A DNA stretch of 32,000 nucleotides, from contig CBDBED010000006.1 in assembly GCA_965204245.1 (NCBI GenBank), forward strand, positions 112,029 through 144,028. The letters are read 5' to 3'. The position numbers and the translations under genes are program-made. This document shows positions 1-7,178 of the stretch, one piece after another. This DNA comes from Dehalococcoidia bacterium (GTDB lineage Bacteria > Chloroflexota > Dehalococcoidia > Lucifugimonadales > JAAXIE01). The notes under the pieces are model-generated. The model ran no database searches, was not told the DNA's origin, and saw only the letters and a program-made list of their open reading frames with translations. Every line of letters starts with the position of its first letter. Position 1 is the first letter of the stretch.

Positions 1-906
1 CTGGAACTTCATGCCGAGCTTGGCTAGGGAACAGCCGCCAACCACGGCTACCTGATCATAGAGGCCGGAGTTCACCAAGGCGGCCGCCATCACCAAGCCG
101 TGGACGGGGCCGCAGCAGAAGGCTTTGACGTCAGTGCCGGTGGCGTTCTCGCATCCGCAGGCTTCGGCCACGGCCTTAGCTAGATTGCCTCCGCCACGCT
201 GGTAGCGGTCGCCGACGGCTTCCTCACCGCAGTTAATCACGTAGTCGATGCTGGCGGGGTCGATCTTCTCATGATCGATGAGGGTGCGCAGCGCGGCAAC
301 TGCGGTGGCCTTGCACGACAGGTTTTCCAGCAGCACATCTGCGGTGAGTGAGGCATCTTCGGCATGTCCGGATGAGATGCAGCCGACCAAGCGGCCGTCG
401 CGGAGATGGAGGGGGAGGGCGCCCGTGGCGGGATCATGGAGGCTGCCTTCGATGCCACTCAGGGGTTGGTAGGAAGACGCAAGGGCCGGGGCGCCAGCGG
501 ATTCAGCGGAACCGACCTCGGCTGCGAATTCCTCCTCGAGGGACATCAGGTTGAAGGGATCGCATTGCTTGAGGAGGGCGTAAAACTGCTGCTCGGATAG
601 CAGGTTGCCATGGGGGCCGTTGGGCGATGTCTCATTGTCCGCTTGATGCCAAGGGCCTTGGTGCCACGGACGCTCGATGCCCCAGAGTTCGTCGGGCTGG
701 AGATGGCCCAAGAGGACACGATGGGGCGGGTAGGCAGCGGCTTCTTGGAAGCTCCTGAGACGATCCCGAATGAGTGCCAGGAGGCTGGGGTTCTTGGCCA
801 ATTCGCGGCTGGGCTTGGAGCCGTGTTGCACCAAGCCTGGGGCGTGGGCCAAGGAAAAGCGGGCACCCCGCAAGACAGCTTGGCGTGGCCCGTTCCGGGA
901 TGTCAT
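1..906 (-). CDS. thiolase-fold protein (possibly glycine-reductase protein C-like); 3' end runs off the window
   Basis: Hand translation of the minus strand from ATG 904-906 stays open for all 302 codons to position 1. It is absent from the ORF track because no stop lies in the window. An in-frame TAG sits 8 codons upstream of the ATG. The visible C-terminal part EEAVGDRYQRGGGNLAKAVAEACGCENATGTDVKAFCCGPVHGLVMAAALVNSGLYDQVAVVGGCSLAKLG follows the thiolase N-domain layout: nucleophile Cys, then a small-residue helix, then VVGG. Confidence 0.6.
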   Translation of the reverse strand, partial: MTSRNGPRQAVLRGARFSLAHAPGLVQHGSKPSRELAKNPSLLALIRDRLRSFQEAAAYPPHRVLLGHLQPDELWGIERPWHQGPWHQADNETSPNGPHGNLLSEQQFYALLKQCDPFNLMSLEEEFAAEVGSAESAGAPALASSYQPLSGIEGSLHDPATGALPLHLRDGRLVGCISSGHAEDASLTADVLLENLSCKATAVAALRTLIDHEKIDPASIDYVINCGEEAVGDRYQRGGGNLAKAVAEACGCENATGTDVKAFCCGPVHGLVMAAALVNSGLYDQVAVVGGCSLAKLGMKFQ

Positions 907-915
907 GGCGGGAGA

Positions 916-947
916 GACACAGGGGCGCTAGTGTCGCGCCCCGTGTC
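916..947 (-). other. intercistronic GC-rich stem-loop directly after the selenoprotein stop codon
   Basis: Minus-strand RNA GGACACGGGGCGC-GACACUA-GCGCCCCUGUGUC forms about 12 bp with one bulged U. It starts right after TAG (948-950) and ends about 10 nt before ATG 906. No U-tract follows. Confidence 0.45.
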
Positions 948-2135
948 CTACCGGGACAGCCCGAAGGCCGTGCCTTTGACGTCTGAGTCTTCAGAGGAGT
1001 CCATGTGCTTGCCTAGGTCGACGATGAGGTTGCCCATGGCGGTCTCGCCCCAGAACCAGCGATGCAACTCCTCCTCGCCTGCGCTGGGGCGCTGCTCCAT
1101 GCGGGCCTCATAGTAGAAAGCCTTGAGATCGTCGACGCACCAGCGAATGTACAGGGGCTCGGAGACGCCATCGGGACGCTGCGGGGCGTTGCCGTTCTGG
1201 CCTTGGGAGTAGTCCTGCAGGTAGCGGACAATGCCACGAAACTGCCTCTGGGGTACGCCTGTGAGGCCGACGAGAGTGCGTCCGTCCTGATTCTCCACCC
1301 AGCGTTCGTAGTACTCACGGAGGGAGGTCAACTCGTCGGCGGGGTCGGACAGTGCCTTGGTGCCTTCGGCTTGCACCGCCGAGGCTTGCAGCAGGTTGAC
1401 CGGGCCCTCGCCATCCTCGGGGAACTCGGCTAGGACAGGAACATCGTTGCTGGTCAGCAGGTCGAGGGCGGCAGCAATGACCTTGTGCTGGAAGGCAGCG
1501 TCGTTGGCACGGCCAAGAGCAGAGCCGTAGGGGAAGGGGACGGCCAAGGCCCGCGGTGCCTTCACCCGGGCGGCGTGTTCCTTGACCAAGGCGACACAGG
1601 TGGTGCTGAGGCCGGCCTCTTCGAAAACCCTAGCAATCACACAGACTGTGTGGGTGCAGAGGGGTCAAGTGGGTGTCAGGATGACGGCGTCGACTCCTTC
1701 GGCCAAGAGACGCTGGGCGACCTCGGGTGCGCCGTCGGAGAGGATGCGGCTGGGGTCGCGCTGGGCCCCCATGAAGGAGTAGAAGTTCTGAGAGAGGCTG
1801 CCGACCCGCCCTTGGTCTTTGAGTTCCCGCATGCGGTCGACGGGAAAGGTGATGTTGGCGTCTTTATAGAAAGGGACGTGATCGTAGCCGATGCTGCTGT
1901 GGCTCATCAGCACGTCTTTGGCGGCGGCATCGGCGGGGATGACGCGAAAGCCGGAGTCGCCACGCCCGAAGGGCTGGTCGCCACGGAGGTGCAAGCCCGC
2001 GCTGGTGACGAGGGCGACCTTGGCTTGGGAGAGGTCCTTGCTCATAGGGGTGACGGGAGAATCGTCGTGTTCCATGCAGGGGAACATGAGGGCTTGGTTG
2101 CGCTGGGCTTCGCTGAGGTCTTCGAGTCGTGGCAT
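948..2135 (-). CDS. glycine/sarcosine/betaine/D-proline reductase selenoprotein B family (GrdB/PrdB-like) protein with in-frame UGA (Sec) at 1665-1667
   Basis: ORF 1665-2135 and ORF 948-1640 are in the same frame, separated only by TGA plus 8 sense codons. Joined product: ...EGVDAVILTPT-U-PLCTHTVCVIARVFEEAGLSTTCVALV... SD AAGAGGA lies 7 nt before ATG 2135. The GTG at 1640 has no SD and sits inside the hairpin. Confidence 0.75.
1633..1657 (-). promoter_or_regulatory. candidate bacterial SECIS stem-loop
   Basis: RNA after UGA reads CCCCUCU-GCA-CC-CACACA-GUC-UGUGUG-AU-UGC. That gives a 3-bp lower stem, a small internal loop, a perfect 6-bp upper stem and an apical loop GUC about 21-23 nt after the U of UGA. 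Confidence 0.55.
1665..1667 (-). other. in-frame UGA, candidate selenocysteine codon
   Basis: Forward tca at 1665-1667. The reading frame continues unbroken on both sides, and family-typical sequence spans the junction. Confidence 0.7.
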
Positions 2136-2203
2136 CTGTTGTCCTCTTTCTCGTGTCTCGGAGGGGCTGGCGCGCTATGGCGAGGCACCGTGCACCAGAG
2201 AAT

Positions 2204-2548
2204 TCAATCCGAAGAAGCTACTGCCCCCCGTTCGGGCTCCGTTATCGCCTCCTCAACAGTAGCGGTTGCTGCTGGTTTGCACTTAAGAAGGGCCCCTGGA
2301 GGAGGAGTCCCCGCCGTCCGCCCGAAAGCATAGGCCTCTCTGATTTCCTCTTCGGTGTATTGCACCTCGGTCAGGTAGACCACCTTGCCATCCTGCCATG
2401 CGGGGAAGGAGCCAAGCATGGCGATAGCCTCGCACTCGGCCTTGATGGCGGCCCTACGGAGGGCGGCTACGGCGCCTAGGGTGTCCGCGCTTGGCTCATT
2501 GGTAGTTATTACGTAGTTCCTCTTTTGCGCACCATTGGCATCAGACAT
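2204..2548 (-). CDS. hypothetical protein translationally coupled to the zeta-like kinase (candidate cognate partner or antitoxin)
   Basis: ATG at 2546-2548 (MSDANGAQKRNYVITTNEPS...) overlaps the upstream gene stop by 8 nt (ATGTCTGA). The ORF-track entry 2204-2614 is trimmed to this start. No recognisable domain. Confidence 0.5.
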   Translation of the reverse strand: MSDANGAQKRNYVITTNEPSADTLGAVAALRRAAIKAECEAIAMLGSFPAWQDGKVVYLTEVQYTEEEIREAYAFGRTAGTPPPGALLKCKPAATATVEEAITEPERGAVASSD

Positions 2549-3071
2549 CGGCGCGCCTCCCTTCCTCCAGGAGTATCGGTGGAAACTTAGTAGCATCATG
2601 TAGAGCCCACTCATCCACCAAGTCCTTGTATATTAGCTCAAAATTGCGCAAGCCGGAATCGAATCTACGGCGGATTTCCTCTTCGGGCACGTGATGCCCG
2701 CCCCTGCGTACACGATGGGCCACGCGGTCTACAGCTACGTCGGCGCTTGGCAGACGCAGAAAATGAAGTTTCACCCAATAGCCCTGCTGCTGCCATTGCG
2801 GAATCATGCGAGCGAAGCCTCGGCCGCTGAGGGTGATCTCGAAGGCAAAGCTCTCGCCCTGGCGCACGTAGTCGTCGATCATCTCCAGCATGAGCCTGCC
2901 AGCGCGAACGGCTGAAAGCTCTGGTTGGAAGGGGTTGAGGCCTGCGGCTATGAGGTCGGCGTTGATGAAGGTAGGGCAGTCTGCTTCGTTCAACAGGAAC
3001 TCGTTGGCGAAGGTGGTCTTACCTGCTCCGTTGGGGCCGGCGATTATGAGAATCTTCTTGGATGGAGTCAC
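2541..3071 (-). CDS. zeta-toxin-like P-loop kinase / AAA ATPase (COG4185-type)
   Basis: The Walker A motif IIAGPNGAGKTT lies at the N-terminus. The segment FAFEITLSG, the overall size and the layout are typical of zeta/PezT-like kinases. GTG start. Confidence 0.8.
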   Translation of the reverse strand: MTPSKKILIIAGPNGAGKTTFANEFLLNEADCPTFINADLIAAGLNPFQPELSAVRAGRLMLEMIDDYVRQGESFAFEITLSGRGFARMIPQWQQQGYWVKLHFLRLPSADVAVDRVAHRVRRGGHHVPEEEIRRRFDSGLRNFELIYKDLVDEWALHDATKFPPILLEEGRRADV

Positions 3072-3244
3072 GAGGGCGAATCATACTCCGTCCCGGGGCG
3101 ACTGCAAGGTAGTTCGGAGATGGCTTTGGGGAAGAGAGGTGTATTGGTCTGTGACAAATTCAGGTTGCCGAGGAACGATAGGCGGCTTATACTCTGCCCG
3201 AATCGGGCCTCTTGGCCCATGGGCGAAATCGAGGAGGAGAGCGC

Positions 3245-4261
3245 ATGGCGGACTACAAGATTATCGATTCCGACGGGCACATCATTGAGTCGGTGGAGGG
3301 CATACGCAAGTACATCGAGCCCAAATTCGACCGACCCCGGCTGTTCGGCGGCGACACTTGGGACCGGAACCTGCACGACAAGCTGGGCGCGAACCCGCAG
3401 TCTCCGCAGGAGCAGTTGGACGCCATGGACCAGGATGGCGTGGACGTGGCGATTCTGTATCCCAGCGCACTGCTGTCGCTGGCCTTCTACAAGGAGCCGG
3501 GTTATGCGCTGGCCCTGTCGCAAGCCTATAACAGCTGGCTGCACAACTTCTGCCAAGCTGACCCGGACCGGCTGAAGTTCTCGGCGGTGCTGGCTCCGCA
3601 GGACTCCGAGGGGGCAGCCAAGGAGTTGCGTCGGTCGATCACGGAGTTGGGCGCGGTGGGCGGTATGGTGCCCATCAATGTGCCCCAGCGCCCGGACTGG
3701 AGCCACACCTACTACGACCCCATTTATGCCGAGGCGCAGGACTTGGACGTAGCGCTGTCGTACCATCCGGGGACCGGGGTGTTCTCCATTGGGAACTCCC
3801 GGTTCGACAACTTCATCAACGTGCATACCATCGATTTCCCGGTGGAGAACATGATTGCCCTGTGCAGCGCGGTAGTCGGCGGGGTGCTGGAGCGGTTCCC
3901 CACGCTGAGGCTGGCCTTCTTGGAGTCGGGCATCGGCTGGGTGCCCTACATGATGGACCGGCTGGATGAAGAGGTGGAGAAGCGGGGTGAGGATGAGGCC
4001 CCGTGGCTGACCATGAAGCCCAGCGAGTACATCACGAGCGGGCGCTGCTACTTCGGGGTGGAATGTGGCGAGAAGACGATCCCGGACGCGATACGCACGA
4101 CGGGCGATGACTGCGTGATATTCGCCTCGGACTATCCCCACTGGGATGCGGACTGGCCTTACACGGTGAGCACGGCCCAAGGCCGGCAGGACCTCATGCA
4201 GACCACGAAGCGCAAGTGGATGCACGATAATATCAGGCGGTTGTACAAGCTGGAGGTCTAG
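3245..4261 (+). CDS. amidohydrolase family 2 (ACMSD-like metal-dependent hydrolase/decarboxylase)
   Basis: MADYKIIDSDGHIIES... N-terminal metal-binding motif (D-x-H-x-H type) and C-terminal FASDYPHWD. SD GAGGAGGAGAG lies before ATG 3245. The ORF-track start 3212 was rejected for lack of an SD. Confidence 0.85.
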   Translation: MADYKIIDSDGHIIESVEGIRKYIEPKFDRPRLFGGDTWDRNLHDKLGANPQSPQEQLDAMDQDGVDVAILYPSALLSLAFYKEPGYALALSQAYNSWLHNFCQADPDRLKFSAVLAPQDSEGAAKELRRSITELGAVGGMVPINVPQRPDWSHTYYDPIYAEAQDLDVALSYHPGTGVFSIGNSRFDNFINVHTIDFPVENMIALCSAVVGGVLERFPTLRLAFLESGIGWVPYMMDRLDEEVEKRGEDEAPWLTMKPSEYITSGRCYFGVECGEKTIPDAIRTTGDDCVIFASDYPHWDADWPYTVSTAQGRQDLMQTTKRKWMHDNIRRLYKLEV

Positions 4262-4287
4262 GCCTCTCGGCTAGACTAAGGAACAGG

Positions 4288-4324
4288 GAGAGGGGCAGTG
4301 TTCACTGCTCCTCTCTTTGGGTTT
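4288..4324 (+). terminator. rho-independent terminator after the amidohydrolase gene
   Basis: GAGAGGGGCAGT/ACTGCTCCTCTC forms an approximately 12-bp stem (one G-U pair) with a 4-nt loop, followed by TTTGGGTTT. Confidence 0.6.
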
Positions 4325-4680
4325 GCGGATGGGCCAAAGAAAAGTCCTAAAGCCCTAGTTGAACAACGATAGCGCGTATGACTCCCTGCATATCTGCCTC
4401 AGATAGTTCTCCTGATTTTGGGCGAATCGAAGTTTACCGACTGTGGCCACCTGATCCGCCATTGCTTGGGACGAACCCCGTTGACCTCCACCAGCGCTTC
4501 TCCGGGATGTTCCATATCTGAATAAAACGAGTTTGACAATCATGTTGAAATGGAACATCACTTCCTCCGAGCAGGTGACACGCCCCTGCTGGGGCCGTAG
4601 ACAATTGAAACAGGAGCTAGTGAAGCCAGATGCAATGGAACGGTAGGGCCTACCCACAGCCCCCACACGCTCGCTTCAGC

Positions 4681-5811
4681 ATGAACATCCGCTGGTTCGT
4701 CACCATCGCCTTGGCGCTCGCCACCTTGGTCGTCATCGTTAGCTGTGGGCCGGATGTGACTCCCACGCCTACGCCTATGGCGACTCCGGCCGCCCTGCCT
4801 ATGCCCACACCTGAAACGACCTCGACCGCCACACCCACGCCCATAACTACGCCGACCCCCACGCCCACGCCCATAACTACGCCGACTCCCACACCCACGC
4901 CTACAGAGACCGCCACACCAACATCTGAGCCAACAGCCTCTCTGGCGGATCTGTTCCTCACCGATACCACACTGGGCGGCGAGGTTATGTCCCGCCTCTC
5001 CGGGTCAGAGACGGACTGCATCCGCGCAGCGCTCGGAGAAGCCGTGTACGCAGCCGTTCTAAACCTCCCGATGGCGACATTGGTCAGGGAAAGTGGGGGC
5101 GGAGGCGCCGGTTCATTCCTCCGATGTCTAACGGAAGACAACCTGGTGCTGATGGGCGAGGTGCTTATAGACTCCCATCACGGGAGGACCGACATTGAGG
5201 CGCGTGCATGCCGCGTCGCCGCAGGGCGGGCGAACCCGGACGTGGTCCGCATCAGGTTTGCCCTGCTGCGCTCGGAGATGGGGACGCTCGACGCTGAGTC
5301 GCTGTTATCCTCTGCCAAGGAACAGTTCGACTGCCTCAACGCGCTGGATCAAGCGAACCTCCTCGTCCGCCTTACTACGACGCTGGACGAGGAGGATACG
5401 TTCACCGGGCAGGATATCGTTGAGATGGTCTCCGAAGGAGAGGTGTCTTGCATACGCGAAGGGGTCGGCGATGCGCTATTCGCCGGATTCCTGAGTTCCA
5501 CGGTCACCGGAGCGTTCGCACCGTCAGCCTCCCTGCTTGATTGCCTCACGCTGGAAAGCAAGACAGCGATATTCGCGGCATTTACGGCATCAAGGGTGGC
5601 AGGGCTGCGTGAAGAGTCTGTGCTATGCATGGCCAACCTCGTCGCGGACAGCCCCAACATCCTAGCCCTCGGGTTCGGGACCCTTGATGTGGACCAGGTG
5701 GAAGAAAGCGAACTGGCTGGCCTCGGCGACGAGGCTGCCAAGTTCTTCGACTGCCTCAACTCGGAAGAGGTAATCCAGGTATTGACGTTGCCTGCAGTCG
5801 TTGAACAGTAG
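4681..5811 (+). CDS. secreted lipoprotein with Thr/Pro-rich linker and two 4-Cys repeat modules, function unknown
   Basis: MNIRWFVTIALALATLVVIVSCG is a signal peptide plus lipobox-like Cys. A TPTP linker follows, then 8 Cys in a duplicated pattern. An alternative upstream ATG lies at 4630. Confidence 0.7.
   Translation: MNIRWFVTIALALATLVVIVSCGPDVTPTPTPMATPAALPMPTPETTSTATPTPITTPTPTPTPITTPTPTPTPTETATPTSEPTASLADLFLTDTTLGGEVMSRLSGSETDCIRAALGEAVYAAVLNLPMATLVRESGGGGAGSFLRCLTEDNLVLMGEVLIDSHHGRTDIEARACRVAAGRANPDVVRIRFALLRSEMGTLDAESLLSSAKEQFDCLNALDQANLLVRLTTTLDEEDTFTGQDIVEMVSEGEVSCIREGVGDALFAGFLSSTVTGAFAPSASLLDCLTLESKTAIFAAFTASRVAGLREESVLCMANLVADSPNILALGFGTLDVDQVEESELAGLGDEAAKFFDCLNSEEVIQVLTLPAVVEQ
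4831..4904 (+). repeat. 30-bp tandem repeat (about 2.4 copies) encoding TPTPITTPTP inside the lipoprotein linker
   Basis: 4831-4860 acacccacgcccataactacgccgaccccc and 4861-4890 acgcccacgcccataactacgccgactccc differ at 2 positions. A partial third copy follows. Confidence 0.85.
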
Positions 5812-6102
5812 ACATCCGTAAGGTGCAACACAAGCGCGAAATCGGTCTCGCCGCCTTGCTGGGAGAGGCCGCCATCTGCAATGTCGAGCACGCGGCTCCA
5901 AAGAGCGAGGACTTCCAGGCCATGTGGCACCAGTTATTGTGAGGGGACGAGCCTTTCCTAGACAGATCGAGACATGCGGTACGCTACCGTCTAACTATCT
6001 GACCTGGCTTGAATGGACCCAAGACGACCGCCCACGAGTACCTGACCTTTCCGTGTCTAATTGAATTCATCAAAAGAAGGTAGCGAGATTTACCGCGTGA
6101 CG

Positions 6103-6951
6103 CTATGTCATATTTGATCCGCCAGCTACGCTGATGGAGAGGCCGGTGAGGTAGTCGGATTGGTCGGAAGCCAGGTAGGCGGCGGTGCGGGCGATGTCGT
6201 CGGCTTGGGCGACACGGCCTAGGGGGACGCGCTGATCGCCCTCGCGGATCATGAGGGCGTGCTGCTCCTTGGCTGATACGCCTTCGGGGGCTAGGGCTGC
6301 CGCGATGTATTCGGGGCGCTCGGTGTCGACTAGGCCTGGGCAGATGGCGTTGACGTTGATATTGTGGGGGGCCAATTCCAGGGCTAGGGCTTGGGTGAAG
6401 CCGACGAGGGCGAACTTGGAGGCGCAGTAGGCGGCATAGCGGGCGACGCCGCGTTTTCCGGCGACGGAAGAGATGATAATGATCTTGCCGCCTTGGCCCC
6501 GTCTGACCATTTCACGGGCCACGGCTTGGGAGCAGAGGAAGGTGCCTTTCACGTTGATTCGCTGGACTTCGTCGAAGGCCGACTCTTCAAGGTCAACCAC
6601 CGGAACGCGGTCAGGGCCGGGGCGGGAGCCTGCGTTGTTGACCAAAATGTCGATGTGGCCGAAGTGGGCGAGGGCCCGTCGCACCATCTGTTGCACTTGA
6701 GTGGAGTCGGAGACATCGGCCATGACTGATATGGCCTGCCTGCCCATTGCCTCTATCTCTTCCACTACTTGGGCGATGCCTCCCCATTCCGACCCGGAGT
6801 CGCTGGCGCGGTCGGAGTAGGGGTTGGCTGCGATGTCGTTGACGACGACGTCGGCCCCTTCCTGGGCTAGCCGTGTGGCGATGGCCCTGCCCATGCCACG
6901 CTGTCCTCCGGCACCGGTGACCAAGGCAACTTTTCCTTCCAAGTTGTACAT
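6103..6951 (-). CDS. short-chain dehydrogenase/reductase (FabG-like SDR)
   Basis: TGAGGQRGMG glycine-rich NAD(P) motif, NNAG, and catalytic S...YCASK. SD AGGAG lies 7 nt upstream of ATG 6951. Confidence 0.9.
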   Translation of the reverse strand: MYNLEGKVALVTGAGGQRGMGRAIATRLAQEGADVVVNDIAANPYSDRASDSGSEWGGIAQVVEEIEAMGRQAISVMADVSDSTQVQQMVRRALAHFGHIDILVNNAGSRPGPDRVPVVDLEESAFDEVQRINVKGTFLCSQAVAREMVRRGQGGKIIIISSVAGKRGVARYAAYCASKFALVGFTQALALELAPHNINVNAICPGLVDTERPEYIAAALAPEGVSAKEQHALMIREGDQRVPLGRVAQADDIARTAAYLASDQSDYLTGLSISVAGGSNMT

Positions 6952-6993
6952 TGCAGGCTCCTTTCCGGGCTACAGCCGACATGACTGGGCGTC

Positions 6994-7176
6994 ATGACGG
7001 GCTGGGCGGCAAGGCTAGGGATGAAGCCCATTATAGCCACCTCTTTGCCTCAAGACATTGTGTGTTATTCCGTGACGAATCCCTACGACGGGCTGGCGGA
7101 CCACGTTTACGTGATGAGCAAGGGCAGGATAGTATACGAGTCGTCTCCTTGGGAGCTTTGGGAGGTAAGCTATTAA
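6994..7176 (+). pseudogene. possible remnant of the C-terminus of an ABC-transporter ATPase (LivF/LivG-like)
   Basis: The 60-aa ORF ends ...LADHVYVMSKGRIVYESSPWELWEVSY. This resembles the D-loop/H-loop-distal tail (aDrvyVl..GrIv..G.p.eL) of ABC ATPases. No Walker or signature region lies upstream, and a stop sits at 6982-6984. Confidence 0.35.
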
Positions 7177-7178
7177 CC

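Noticed and set aside
948-1640. Independent 230-aa gene starting at GTG 1640
   Set aside because: The GTG has no SD and sits inside the SECIS-like hairpin. It is in frame with the upstream ORF across a single TGA, and family-typical sequence spans the junction, so it is better explained as the C-terminal part of one selenoprotein.
1665-1667. Genome-wide TGA reassignment (Trp or Gly codes) as the explanation for the in-frame TGA
   Set aside because: Several well-defined genes in the window terminate at TGA at the family-expected length (2541-2543, 17461-17463, 17739-17741, 21170-22), so TGA is a normal stop in this organism.
1485-2333. 282-aa plus-strand ORF
   Set aside because: It is antisense to the GrdB-like gene, its Gly/Ala/Val-rich composition is typical of shadow frames in high-GC DNA, and it has no motif or SD.
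3068-4225. 385-aa minus-strand ORF
   Set aside because: It is antisense to the well-supported amidohydrolase gene. The product is an Arg/Pro/Leu/His-rich translation with no recognisable motif, which marks it as a high-GC artefact.
4355-4666. 103-aa minus-strand ORF in the gap before the lipoprotein gene
   Set aside because: It has no SD, an odd Arg/Ser/Cys-rich composition and no motifs. The region is A/T-rich and looks regulatory. Small internal ORFs (34-35 aa on either strand) likewise lack support.
4831-4904. Possible CRISPR-like or satellite repeat
   Set aside because: The 30-bp units are directly adjacent with no spacers and lie in frame within a coding TP-rich linker, so this is a coding tandem repeat and not a CRISPR array.
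5349-5930. 193-aa minus-strand ORF
   Set aside because: Most of it is antisense to the lipoprotein gene. The product is Ser-rich and low-complexity, with no SD or motif.
6951-7178. N-terminal 76-aa extension of the racemase-family ORF (start at 6951)
   Set aside because: The extension has no SD and would begin right at the divergent SDR start codon. It also carries no family similarity. ATG 7179 has an SD and gives the typical MRVxMI N-terminus.
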